From assembly GCF_016219575.1 (NCBI RefSeq), contig NZ_JACRMG010000029.1, forward strand, positions 167,122-231,121: a DNA stretch of 64,000 bases. The letters are read 5' to 3'. Positions within the stretch are counted from its first letter, which is position 1. Each line of letters begins with the position of its first letter. Both the position numbers and the translations under genes were made by a program. Shown in pieces: positions 20,103 to 28,863 of this stretch. The notes below the pieces were generated by a model. The model saw nothing but the letters and a program-made list of their open reading frames with translations, was not told where the DNA came from and did no database searches. The DNA comes from Bradyrhizobium sp. GTDB lineage: Bacteria; Pseudomonadota; Alphaproteobacteria; Rhizobiales; Xanthobacteraceae.

Positions 20103-20998
20103 GATCCCCGGTTACAGGTATCGTCACGCTGATCCTGCTGTTCCTGCTCGTGATCGTCGGCTACAGCTCGCTCTTCACAGTGCAGCAGACCGAACAGGCG
20201 CTGGTGGTCCGGCTCGGCCGGCCCGTCGACGTGGTGTCGCAGCCGGGCCTGAACTTCAAGGCGCCGTTCATCGACACCGTCATCAGCATCGACAAGCGCA
20301 TCCTCGACCTGGAAAATCCGTCGCAGGAGGTGATCGCTTCCGACCAGAAGCGGCTGGTGGTCGACGCTTTCGCCCGCTACCGGATCAAGGATGCCCTGCG
20401 CTTCTATCAGAGCGTCGGCTCGATCCCGGCAGCCAATCTGCAGCTGACGACGCTGCTCAATGCGGCACTGCGCCGCGTGCTCGGCGAAGTCACCTTCATT
20501 GCGGTGGTGCGCGACGAACGCGAAGGGTTGATGGCCAAGATCCGCAACCAGCTCGACCGCGAGGCCGAAGGTTATGGCATCGAGGTGGTCGACGTCCGTA
20601 TCCGCCGGGCCGATTTGCCCGATGCCAACAGCCAGGCGGTGTATCAGCGCATGCAGACCGAGCGTCAGCGCGAGGCCGCCGAGTTCCGCGCCCAGGGCGG
20701 CCAGAAGGCACAGGAGATCAGGTCGAAGGCGGATCGTGAGGCAACCGTCATCATCGCGGACGCCAACTCGATCTCCGAGCAGGTCCGCGGCACCGGCGAT
20801 GCCGAACGCAACCGCCTGTTTGCCGAAGCCTATGGCAGGGATCCGGACTTCTTCGCCTTCTACCGCTCGATGTCAGCCTATGAGAAGGGGCTGCGCTCCA
20901 ACGATACCCGCTTCCTGCTGCGGCCGGATTCGGATTTCTTCCGCTTCTTCGGCAGCGCTTCGGGCAAGATCGACGGCGCGGCGGCGCCGAAGCAGTAG
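20099..20998 (+). CDS. hflC: FtsH protease modulator HflC
   Basis: 299-aa SPFH-domain ORF. Its start overlaps the hflK stop (ATGA). Confidence 0.9.
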   Translation: MRSPVTGIVTLILLFLLVIVGYSSLFTVQQTEQALVVRLGRPVDVVSQPGLNFKAPFIDTVISIDKRILDLENPSQEVIASDQKRLVVDAFARYRIKDALRFYQSVGSIPAANLQLTTLLNAALRRVLGEVTFIAVVRDEREGLMAKIRNQLDREAEGYGIEVVDVRIRRADLPDANSQAVYQRMQTERQREAAEFRAQGGQKAQEIRSKADREATVIIADANSISEQVRGTGDAERNRLFAEAYGRDPDFFAFYRSMSAYEKGLRSNDTRFLLRPDSDFFRFFGSASGKIDGAAAPKQ

Positions 20999-21078
20999 GA
21001 TTGCAGACGAGGGGCGAGCGGTTCCGCTTCGCCCCTCGGCCACATAACAACAAAACCGTTTCGGGAGGCTGAGGTCCG

Positions 21079-21279
21079 ATGAGGTCCCTTGCGTTCGTCG
21101 ACTTCCTCATCGGCGTCGGAATCCTGCTCGTGCTGGAAGGCATCCTGTTCGCCGCAGGCCCCGCCTTCATGCGCAGAGCGATGAAGAGCGCGCTGGAGAC
21201 GCCCGACAACATCTTGCGCATCGTGGGTATCGCGTCGGCGGTCGCCGGCCTGGTCCTGATCTGGCTGGTGCGGCGGTAA
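21079..21279 (+). CDS. DUF2065 family small membrane protein
   Basis: 66-aa ORF with two hydrophobic helices, in the conserved position between hflC and the DegP-type protease gene. Confidence 0.7.
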   Translation: MRSLAFVDFLIGVGILLVLEGILFAAGPAFMRRAMKSALETPDNILRIVGIASAVAGLVLIWLVRR

Positions 21280-21412
21280 GAGCCAACGCAAACGTGAGGC
21301 GAAACAGGCCGGGTTTTCGCCGGATTGCCTGCCTCAAATGCTTGCACCGCGGCCCGGTTCGGGCGCAGTGTTATCAGATATTCGTTCCCGACTTGCCTGG
21401 AGAGAAACCGAC

Positions 21413-22930
21413 ATGACCGGTGCCCGACCCGCCCTCAGCCGTCGCCTGCGCCGTCTTGCGGCCGCGATGACGATTGGCGCCGCAAGTGTCGTGGCCTCAG
21501 TGCCCGCTCTCGCGCGCGGCCCCGACGGGATCGCCGATATCGCCGAGAAGGTGATCGACGCCGTCGTCAACATCTCGACCTCGCAGACCGTCGAGGTCAA
21601 GGGTGGTGGCGGAGGCGGTGGCGGCGGCGCCATGCCGCAAGTGCCGCCGGGCTCGCCCTTCGAGGAATTCTTCGACGACTTCTTCAAGAACCGCCGCGGC
21701 CCGGGCAGCAAGGGCGGCGAGGGCAACCGCGAGTTCCAGCCGCGCAAGACCAATTCGCTCGGCTCCGGCTTCATCATCGACACCGCAGGCGTCGTCGTCA
21801 CCAACAACCACGTCATTGCGGATGCCGACGAGATCAACGTCATCCTCAACGACGGCAGCAAGATCAAGGCCGAGCTGGTCGGCGTCGACAAGAAGACCGA
21901 CCTGGCGGTGCTGAAGTTCAAGCCGACCAAGCCGCTGGTCGCGGTGAAGTTCGGCGACTCCGACAAGCTGCGGCTGGGCGAATGGGTGATTGCGATCGGC
22001 AACCCCTTCAGCCTCGGCGGCTCGGTGACGGCTGGCATCGTCTCGGCGCGCAACCGCGACATCAGCCAGGGGCCGTATGACAACTACATCCAGACCGACG
22101 CCTCCATCAACCGCGGCAATTCCGGCGGTCCGCTGTTCAACCTTGAAGGCGAGGTCGTCGGCGTCAACACGCTGATCATCTCGCCGACCGGCGGCTCGAT
22201 CGGTCTCGGCTTTGCCGTGCCGTCGAAGACGGTCGCCGTCGTGGTCGACCAGTTGCAGAAATTCGGCGAGCTGCGCCGTGGCTGGCTCGGCGTGCGCATC
22301 CAGCAGGTCACCGACGAGATTGCCGAGAGCCTCAACATCAAGCCGCCGCGAGGCGCGCTGGTGGCCGGCATCGACGACAAGGGCCCGGCAAAACCCGCCG
22401 GCATCGAGCCCGGCGACGTCGTGATCCGCTTCGACGGCAAGGACATCAAGGATCCCAAGGATCTCTCGCGCGTGGTCGCCGACACCGCGGTCGGCAAGGA
22501 TGTCGACGTCGTCATCATCCGCAAGGGCAAGGAAGAGACCCGCAAGGTGACGCTCGGCCGCCTCGAGGACACCGACAAGGCCAAGGAAGCCGCCGCCAAG
22601 ACCAAGGAAGAGCCGGCCGAGAAGCCGGTGACGCAAAAGGCGCTCGGCCTCGATCTCGCGACGCTGAGCAAGGATCTGCGCACGAAGTACAAGGTCAAGG
22701 ACAGCGTCAAGGGCGTCATCATCACCGGCGTCGACAACGCCTCCGATGCCGCCGAGAAGCGGCTCTCCGCCGGCGACGTCATCGTCGAGGTGGCGCAGGA
22801 AGCCGTCGCCAACGCCGCCGACGTCAAGAAGCGCGTCGACCAGGTCAAGAAGGACGGCAAGAAGAGCGTGCTGCTCCTGGTCGCCAACGGCGACGGCGAC
22901 CTGCGCTTCGTGGCGCTGAGCGTGCAGTAG
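21413..22930 (+). CDS. periplasmic serine endoprotease, DegP/HtrA (Do) family
   Basis: ORF 21338..22930, with a GGAGAG Shine-Dalgarno before the ATG at 21413. It has a signal peptide, a trypsin-like core (TNNHV, GNSGGPL) and two PDZ-like regions. A 9-residue poly-Gly run sits near the N-terminus. Confidence 0.9.
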   Translation: MTGARPALSRRLRRLAAAMTIGAASVVASVPALARGPDGIADIAEKVIDAVVNISTSQTVEVKGGGGGGGGGAMPQVPPGSPFEEFFDDFFKNRRGPGSKGGEGNREFQPRKTNSLGSGFIIDTAGVVVTNNHVIADADEINVILNDGSKIKAELVGVDKKTDLAVLKFKPTKPLVAVKFGDSDKLRLGEWVIAIGNPFSLGGSVTAGIVSARNRDISQGPYDNYIQTDASINRGNSGGPLFNLEGEVVGVNTLIISPTGGSIGLGFAVPSKTVAVVVDQLQKFGELRRGWLGVRIQQVTDEIAESLNIKPPRGALVAGIDDKGPAKPAGIEPGDVVIRFDGKDIKDPKDLSRVVADTAVGKDVDVVIIRKGKEETRKVTLGRLEDTDKAKEAAAKTKEEPAEKPVTQKALGLDLATLSKDLRTKYKVKDSVKGVIITGVDNASDAAEKRLSAGDVIVEVAQEAVANAADVKKRVDQVKKDGKKSVLLLVANGDGDLRFVALSVQ

Positions 22931-22936
22931 CAGTTT

Positions 22937-23056
22937 GTCGTCCCGGCGCAGGCCGGGACCCATACGCCGCGGCCGTGCTGATTACAGGCGGTGGTCGACG
23001 GCTTTTCTAGGCAACTGATGTTGGTGGTTATGGGTCCCGGCCTACGCCGGGACGAC
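22937..23056. repeat. MITE/REP-like element, family B copy 1
   Basis: The terminal inverted repeats are GTCGTCCCGGCGCAGGCCGGGACCCATA and TATGGGTCCCGGCCTACGCCGGGACGAC. A second copy lies at 58541..58662. Confidence 0.7.
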
Positions 23057-23062
23057 GAAAAG

Positions 23063-23956
23063 TCACTCTTCCACGAACTCGTCCCGCCGATAGCCCTGCG
23101 CGTAGAGCAGCGCCGTTAGATCACCGAAGTCGATCCGCGCGGCGGCGGCGGCGGCGACCGCCGGCTTGGCGTGATAGGCCACGCCCAGTCCCGCGTTCTG
23201 TATCATGCCGAGATCGTTGGCGCCGTCGCCGGTGACGAGCGTGTCGATATCGTCGAGATCGAAGGATTCCGTCAGATCAATCAACGTCTGCAGTTTCGCT
23301 GCGCGGCCGAGGATTGGCTCCTTCACCTCGCCGGAAAACTTGCCGTCGCTGACGATCAGCTCGTTGGCGCGGTTCTCCTGGAAGCCGATCTGCGCCGCCA
23401 CCGCGTTGGTGAACAGCGTGAAGCCGCCGGAGATCAGGCAGGTATAGGCGCCATGGGCGCGCATGGTCATGACCAGCGCACGGCCGCCGGGCGTCGGCGT
23501 GATGCGCTTCTTCAGGACTTCATCCACGACCGTAACCGGCATGCCCTTGAGCAGCGCCACGCGCTCGCGCAGCGCCGGCTCGAACTCGATCTCGCCGCGC
23601 ATGGCGCGTTCGGTGATCCCGGCGACATGGGCCTTGAGTCCTGCAAAGTCGGCCAGCTCGTCGATGCACTCCTGGCCGATCATGGTGGAATCCATGTCGG
23701 CCAGAAAAAGCTTCTTGCGCCGCGTCGCTATCGGCTGCACGACAATGTCGATCGGCAGGTCGCCGCGCGCCTGGCGCAGGCGGGCTTCCATCGCCTTGAT
23801 GTCCTCGCTGCCGGAAAAGGGGATATCGACCGCGACCTCGTTGAACAGCCACTCGGCCTCGCCGGGCGAGGGCAGCACGGCGAGCGCGCCGTCGACGACG
23901 GTGCTGTCGAGCGCGGGATTGGCGGGATTGCAGATGAGGGTGGCGACGAGGGACAT
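23063..23956 (-). CDS. serB: phosphoserine phosphatase
   Basis: 297-aa ORF with the HAD motif [11 protein letters not shown] and a C-terminal GDGANDL. Confidence 0.9.
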   Translation of the reverse strand: MSLVATLICNPANPALDSTVVDGALAVLPSPGEAEWLFNEVAVDIPFSGSEDIKAMEARLRQARGDLPIDIVVQPIATRRKKLFLADMDSTMIGQECIDELADFAGLKAHVAGITERAMRGEIEFEPALRERVALLKGMPVTVVDEVLKKRITPTPGGRALVMTMRAHGAYTCLISGGFTLFTNAVAAQIGFQENRANELIVSDGKFSGEVKEPILGRAAKLQTLIDLTESFDLDDIDTLVTGDGANDLGMIQNAGLGVAYHAKPAVAAAAAARIDFGDLTALLYAQGYRRDEFVEE

Positions 23957-24890
23957 GCAGGCGGGTTTTCACGGGTTGAGCAAGGCCGTGCTTATCGCAG
24001 GGCCGACCGCCAGCGGCAAGTCGGCGCTGGCGCTCGATCTTGCGCAAAAAACCGGCGGTGTCGTCATCAACGCCGATTCCATGCAGGTCTATCGCGATCT
24101 GCGCATCATCACCGCGCGGCCGACGGTGGAGGAAGAGGCGCGGGTGCCGCACCGGCTCTACGGCCATGTCGATGCCGCCGTCAATTTCTCAGCCGGCGCC
24201 TGGATCGCCGACGCGGCAAAGGCGCTGGAAGAAGCGCGTGCGCAGGACAAGCTGCCGATCTTCGTCGGCGGCTCCGGTCTCTATTTCAAGGCGCTGACGC
24301 GGGGCTTGTCGGCGGTGCCGCCCATTCCGCCGGAGGTGCGCGAGAACGTGCGTGCGCGGCTGGAACGCGATGGCGTCGAGGCGCTGCATGCGGAACTCGC
24401 GCGCCGCGACCCCGTCTCCGCCGAACGGCTGAAGCCGCGCGACCGCACCCGGATTGCGCGGGCGCTCGAAGTGATCGAGGCCACGGGCCGCGCGCTGCCG
24501 GACTGGCACCGCGAGGGCCTGCCGCCGCTGCTGCCGCCAGGAGAATTTTCCGCGCTGTTCCTCGCGCCCGAGCGTGACGCGCTCTATGCGCGGATCGATG
24601 CGCGCTTCGACGCGATGCTGGCGTCCGGCGCGATCGAGGAGGTTGCAGCGCTGGCGGCGCGCCAACTCGATCCGCTGCTGCCGGCCATGAAGGCCCACGG
24701 CGTGCCGGTGCTGATCCGGCACATAAGGGGCGAGGTCACGCGCGCCGAGGCCGCCGAGTTCGGCCGCACCGAGACCCGGCAATACGCCAAGCGGCAGTTC
24801 ACCTGGTTCCGGCACCAGCTGCCGGAGTTCGAATGGGTGGCCCCTGAAGCGGCGCGGGGCTGGCTGGAGACTCGCGCAGGCCAGCCATGA
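23955..24890 (+). CDS. miaA: tRNA dimethylallyltransferase
   Basis: Downstream part of ORF 23463..24890. It contains [17 protein letters not shown] and [16 protein letters not shown]. The start is uncertain: ATG at 23955 or TTG at 23976. Confidence 0.9.
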   Translation: MQAGFHGLSKAVLIAGPTASGKSALALDLAQKTGGVVINADSMQVYRDLRIITARPTVEEEARVPHRLYGHVDAAVNFSAGAWIADAAKALEEARAQDKLPIFVGGSGLYFKALTRGLSAVPPIPPEVRENVRARLERDGVEALHAELARRDPVSAERLKPRDRTRIARALEVIEATGRALPDWHREGLPPLLPPGEFSALFLAPERDALYARIDARFDAMLASGAIEEVAALAARQLDPLLPAMKAHGVPVLIRHIRGEVTRAEAAEFGRTETRQYAKRQFTWFRHQLPEFEWVAPEAARGWLETRAGQP

Positions 24891-24983
24891 CGCCTGATCT
24901 GTGCCGTTGCAGCAATTTCGCGCTCGCCGAACGCCGAAAAGCCCGCTAACCTGCCGGAAATCGCGCGGAAGGGCGCCATTGCC

Positions 24984-25011
24984 TTGACATTCGGGGCAGG
25001 GTGGCTATGTT
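24984..25011 (+). promoter_or_regulatory. candidate sigma70-type promoter for the ilv leader/ilvI
   Basis: TTGACA (24984-24989), a 16-nt spacer, then TATGTT (25006-25011). It sits about 30 nt upstream of the leader ATG. Confidence 0.4.
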
Positions 25012-25042
25012 CGCGCAACCTTTGGGAAGCCTGAGCGGGCAA

Positions 25043-25108
25043 ATGCGCAATATTATTGCCAAACTCCTTATCGTCGTCGTACCCAGGTGCATCGCCCCGG
25101 GTGGCTGA
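25043..25108 (+). CDS. candidate ilv leader peptide (21 aa, MRNIIAKLLIVVVPRCIAPGG)
   Basis: Too short for the ORF track. Nine of the 21 codons are Ile/Leu/Val, including the run LLIVVV. A hairpin plus T6 follows directly, then ilvI. Confidence 0.55.
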   Translation: MRNIIAKLLIVVVPRCIAPGG

Positions 25109-25135
25109 GGCCATTCGAATTCAGGCGGTGCACAT

Positions 25136-25158
25136 GGGGCCTCTTCGGGCCCTTTTTT
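25136..25158 (+). terminator. attenuator terminator between the ilv leader and ilvI
   Basis: GGGCC-TCTTCG-GGCCC followed by TTTTTT, 57 nt upstream of the ilvI ATG. Confidence 0.55.
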
Positions 25159-25214
25159 ATTTCCCAGACCAACCAACGAAGACCGCGCCGCGAAGTGCGC
25201 ATCCGGAGCAAGCC

Positions 25215-26990
25215 ATGAGCAAGGAAAGCCACGATCCGAACCAGATGACGGGAGCCGCGATGATCGTCCGCGCGCTGATCGATCACGGCGTGCAGCATCT
25301 CTTCGGCTATCCCGGTGGCGCGGTGCTTCCGATCTATGACGAGATCTTCCAGCAGAGCGAGGTCGAGCACATCCTGGTCCGCCACGAGCAGGGCGCGGGC
25401 CACGCGGCGGAAGGCTATGCGCGCTCCACCGGCAAGCCCGGCGTGGTGCTGGTGACCTCGGGCCCCGGCGCCACCAACATGGTGACGCCGCTGACCGACG
25501 CGCTGATGGATTCCATTCCGCTGGTCTGCATCACCGGACAGGTTCCCACGCACCTGATCGGCAACGACGCGTTCCAGGAATGCGACACCGTCGGCATCAC
25601 CCGTCCCTGCACCAAGCACAACTGGCTGGTCCGCGACGTCAACGATCTGGCCAAAGTGCTGCACGAGGCGTTCTACGTCGCGACATCAGGCCGTCCCGGG
25701 CCTGTCGTCGTCGACGTGCCCAAGGACGTGCAGTTCGCCACCGGCACCTATCACCCGCCGCGCAAGGACGACGTGCACGTGTCCTACACGCCGCGGATCA
25801 AGGGCGATGCGACGCAGATCCGCAAGGCCGTGGCGCTGCTCGCTGCCGCCAAACGCCCGGTGATCTATTCCGGCGGCGGCGTCATCAACTCCGGTCCGGA
25901 AGCATCGAAGCTGCTGCGCGAGCTGGTCAACGTCACCGGCTTTCCCATCACCTCGACCCTGATGGGGCTCGGCGCCTATCCGGCCTCGGGCAAGAACTGG
26001 CTCGGCATGCTCGGCATGCACGGCACCTACGAAGCCAACATGACCATGCATGATTGCGACGTCATGCTGTGCGTCGGCGCACGCTTCGACGACCGCATCA
26101 CCGGCCGCATCGACGCCTTTTCGCCGGGCTCGAAGAAAATCCACATCGACATCGACCCGTCCTCGATCAACAAGAACATTCGCGTCGACGTGCCGATCAT
26201 CGGCGATTGCGCCAACGTGCTCGGTGACCTCTTGCAGGTGTTCCGGGCCGAGGCGAAGAAGCCCGATATCAAGGCGTGGTGGCAACAGATCGCGCAATGG
26301 CGCGCGCGCAACTCGCTGTCCTACCGCAAGAGCAGCGATGTCATCCTGCCGCAGCAGGCGATCCAGAGCCTGTTCGAGTTGACGCGCGGCAAGGACACCT
26401 ACATCACCACCGAAGTCGGCCAGCACCAGATGTGGGCCGCGCAGTTCTTCGGCTTCGAGGAGCCGCACCGCTGGATGACCTCGGGCGGGCTTGGCACCAT
26501 GGGCTATGGCTTGCCGGCGGCACTCGGCGTGCAGGTCGCCCATCCCGACAGCCTCGTCATCGACATCGCGGGCGACGCCTCGGTACAGATGACGATGCAG
26601 GAAATGTCGACGGCCGTGCAGTACGAGCTGCCGATCAAGATCTTCATCCTGAACAACCAGTACATGGGCATGGTGCGGCAATGGCAGCAGCTGCTGCACG
26701 GCAACCGCCTGTCGCATTCCTACAGCGAGGCGCTGCCGGACTTCGTCAAGCTGGCGGACGCCTATGGCTGCGTCGGCCTGCAGGCGATCAAGCCCGGCGA
26801 TCTCGACGGCGCGATCCGCGAGATGATCAAGGTCAAGCGGCCGGTGCTGTTCGACTGCCGCGTCGCGGCGCTGGAGAACTGCTTCCCGATGATTCCGTCC
26901 GGCAAGGCGCACAACGAAATGCTGCTGCCGGAGGAAGCCACCGACGAAGCCACCGCCAGGGCCTTCGCCGGCGGCAAGGCGCTGGTGTGA
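25215..26990 (+). CDS. ilvI: acetolactate synthase (AHAS) large subunit, biosynthetic type
   Basis: Downstream part of ORF 25056..26990. It starts MSKESHDPNQMTGAAMIVRALIDHGV and has a ThDP-binding region GLGTMGYGLPAA…GDASVQM. Confidence 0.95.
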   Translation: MSKESHDPNQMTGAAMIVRALIDHGVQHLFGYPGGAVLPIYDEIFQQSEVEHILVRHEQGAGHAAEGYARSTGKPGVVLVTSGPGATNMVTPLTDALMDSIPLVCITGQVPTHLIGNDAFQECDTVGITRPCTKHNWLVRDVNDLAKVLHEAFYVATSGRPGPVVVDVPKDVQFATGTYHPPRKDDVHVSYTPRIKGDATQIRKAVALLAAAKRPVIYSGGGVINSGPEASKLLRELVNVTGFPITSTLMGLGAYPASGKNWLGMLGMHGTYEANMTMHDCDVMLCVGARFDDRITGRIDAFSPGSKKIHIDIDPSSINKNIRVDVPIIGDCANVLGDLLQVFRAEAKKPDIKAWWQQIAQWRARNSLSYRKSSDVILPQQAIQSLFELTRGKDTYITTEVGQHQMWAAQFFGFEEPHRWMTSGGLGTMGYGLPAALGVQVAHPDSLVIDIAGDASVQMTMQEMSTAVQYELPIKIFILNNQYMGMVRQWQQLLHGNRLSHSYSEALPDFVKLADAYGCVGLQAIKPGDLDGAIREMIKVKRPVLFDCRVAALENCFPMIPSGKAHNEMLLPEEATDEATARAFAGGKALV

Positions 26991-27013
26991 TGATGATGGA
27001 CCAGCCGCGACCA

Positions 27014-27175
27014 GCGCTCTTCTTCGCCTCGCCCCGCTTGCGGGGAGAGGTCGGATTGCATCGCAGATGCAATCCGGGTGAGGGGGACTATCCGCGAATC
27101 CGACTCCTGCCGAATTCGGCGAGACAGCCCCTCACCCCAACCCTCTCCCCGCGAAGAGCGGGGCGAGGGAGCTCA
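27014..27175. repeat. long imperfect palindromic element, family E
   Basis: The left arm TCGCCCCGCTTGCGGGGAGAGG…GGGTGAGGGGG mirrors the right arm CCCCTCACCC…CCTCTCCCCGCGAAGAGCGGGGCGA. Confidence 0.6.
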
Positions 27176-27197
27176 CCGCCGTTGCCGAGGCAGTCTC

Positions 27198-28181
27198 ATG
27201 TTTGATCTTGCCGAACTGGAGCACGCGCAAAAAATCGTCGGGGCGGCAATGCCGCCGACGCCGGCGCATGGCTGGCCGCTGCTGGCACAGCGGCTCGGCA
27301 CCTCGGTCGTGGTCAAGCACGAGAACCACACGCCGATCGGCGCCTTCAAGGTGCGCGGCGGGCTCACCTATCTCGACCGGCTGAAGCGCGAGCAGCCCGG
27401 CGTGCCCGGCATCATCTCGGCCACCCGCGGCAATCACGGCCAGAGCCTGGCGTTCGCGGCGAGCCGCGCCGGTATTGCCGCGACCATCTACGTACCGCAT
27501 GGCAACTCGGTCGAGAAGAACCGCGCCATGCAGGCCTTCGGCGCAAAGCTGGTCGAGCATGGCGAGGACTTCCAGGCGGCGCGCGAGGAATCGATGCGTC
27601 ACGCCGAGCGGGCAGGGCTGCACATGGTGCCGTCCTTCCACCGCGACCTCGTGCTGGGCGTTTCGACCTATGCGCTGGAGCTGTTGCGCGCCGCGCCCGA
27701 CCTCGATGTCATCTACGTGCCGATCGGGCAGGGCTCCGGCATCTGCGGCTGCATCCTCGCCCGCGACCTGCTCGGCCGCAAGACCGAGATCGTCGGCGTG
27801 CAGTCCACGGAGGCGCCGTCCTATGCGCTGTCGTTCGCGGCCGGCAAGGTGGTGAACACCAACAGCAGCAACACGCTGGCCGACGGCATGGCAACCCGCA
27901 ATCCCGACGCTGACGCACTTGCCATCATCCTGAAGGGCGCCTCCCGCATCGTGCAGGTTACCGACGACGAGATCGGCACCGCGATCCGCGCCTACTGGAC
28001 CGATACGCATAATCTCGCCGAAGGCGCCGGTGCGGCGGCGCTCGCGGCCGCGCTGTCGGAAAAGAACAAGCTCGCAGGCAAGCGCGTCGGCCTGATCCTG
28101 AGCGGCGGCAACATCGATTTTGATCTGTTCCAGCGATGGGTCGGAACGGATGTCACGCCCGGTCAACGGGCGGTGGCCTAG
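27198..28181 (+). CDS. PLP-dependent threonine/serine dehydratase-like enzyme (no C-terminal regulatory domain)
   Basis: Downstream part of ORF 27078..28181. It contains KHENHTPIGAFKVRGG (PLP lysine motif) and a tryptophan-synthase-beta-like fold pattern. The N-terminal extension in the ORF track is read-through of repeat E. Confidence 0.85.
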   Translation: MFDLAELEHAQKIVGAAMPPTPAHGWPLLAQRLGTSVVVKHENHTPIGAFKVRGGLTYLDRLKREQPGVPGIISATRGNHGQSLAFAASRAGIAATIYVPHGNSVEKNRAMQAFGAKLVEHGEDFQAAREESMRHAERAGLHMVPSFHRDLVLGVSTYALELLRAAPDLDVIYVPIGQGSGICGCILARDLLGRKTEIVGVQSTEAPSYALSFAAGKVVNTNSSNTLADGMATRNPDADALAIILKGASRIVQVTDDEIGTAIRAYWTDTHNLAEGAGAAALAAALSEKNKLAGKRVGLILSGGNIDFDLFQRWVGTDVTPGQRAVA

Positions 28182-28197
28182 ATACCGGTAGGAGGCG

Positions 28198-28284
28198 TCA
28201 TGGCCGGGCTTGACCCGGCCATCCACGTCTTTCCTGCCGCCGAGAACGAAGGACGTGGATGCCCGGGACAAGCCCGGGCATGAC
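28198..28284. repeat. composite double-hairpin REP-like element, family A copy 1
   Basis: ATGGCCGGG-cttga-CCCGGCCAT CCACG …spacer… CGTGG ATGCCCGGG-acaag-CCCGGGCAT. Other copies lie at 40381, 53578 and 61984. Confidence 0.8.
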
Positions 28285-28305
28285 GAAGAGAGACAAGGGA
28301 CGACA

Positions 28306-28860
28306 ATGAACCAGCCCGCCAACCAGCCGGCATCCGCCTATTTCCTCGAGGATCGCCACGATCCGAACGAGACGCACACGCTCTCGATCCTGGTGCAGAA
28401 CGAGCCCGGCGTGCTTGCGCGCGTGATCGGCCTGTTCTCGGGGCGCGGCTACAACATCGACAGTCTCACGGTCTCGGAAACCGAGAGCCAGAAACATGTC
28501 TCGCGCATCACCATCGTCACCACGGGCACGCCGATGGTGATCGAGCAGATCAAGCACCAGCTCGACCGCATGATCCCGGTGTTTCGCGTCGTCGACATGA
28601 CGCTGACCGGCCGCTCGATCGAGCGCGAGCTTGCGATGGTGAAGGTGCGCGGCGGCGGCGACCATCGCGTCGAGGCGCTGCGGCTGGCGGATGCGTTCCG
28701 CGCCCGCGTGATCGACGCCACCACCGAAAGTTTCGTGTTCGAGATCACCGGCGCGTCCTCGAAGATCAACCAGTTCATCGACCTGATGCGTCCGCTCGGC
28801 CTTGTCGAAGTGTCGCGCACCGGCGTCGCCGCAATCGGGCGCGGGCCGGAAGGGATGTAA
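28306..28860 (+). CDS. ilvH: acetolactate synthase small (regulatory) subunit
   Basis: Downstream part of ORF 28210..28860. It has the ACT domain HTLSILVQNEPGVLARVIGLFSGRGYNIDSLTV. The gene is also called ilvN. Confidence 0.9.
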   Translation: MNQPANQPASAYFLEDRHDPNETHTLSILVQNEPGVLARVIGLFSGRGYNIDSLTVSETESQKHVSRITIVTTGTPMVIEQIKHQLDRMIPVFRVVDMTLTGRSIERELAMVKVRGGGDHRVEALRLADAFRARVIDATTESFVFEITGASSKINQFIDLMRPLGLVEVSRTGVAAIGRGPEGM

Positions 28861-28863
28861 CGC

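Noticed and set aside
21596-21625. GGT/GGC run encoding nine consecutive glycines in the DegP-type protease, considered as a possible slippage or frameshift site
   Set aside because: The reading frame is intact on both sides and the protease domain follows normally. It is most simply a flexible linker.
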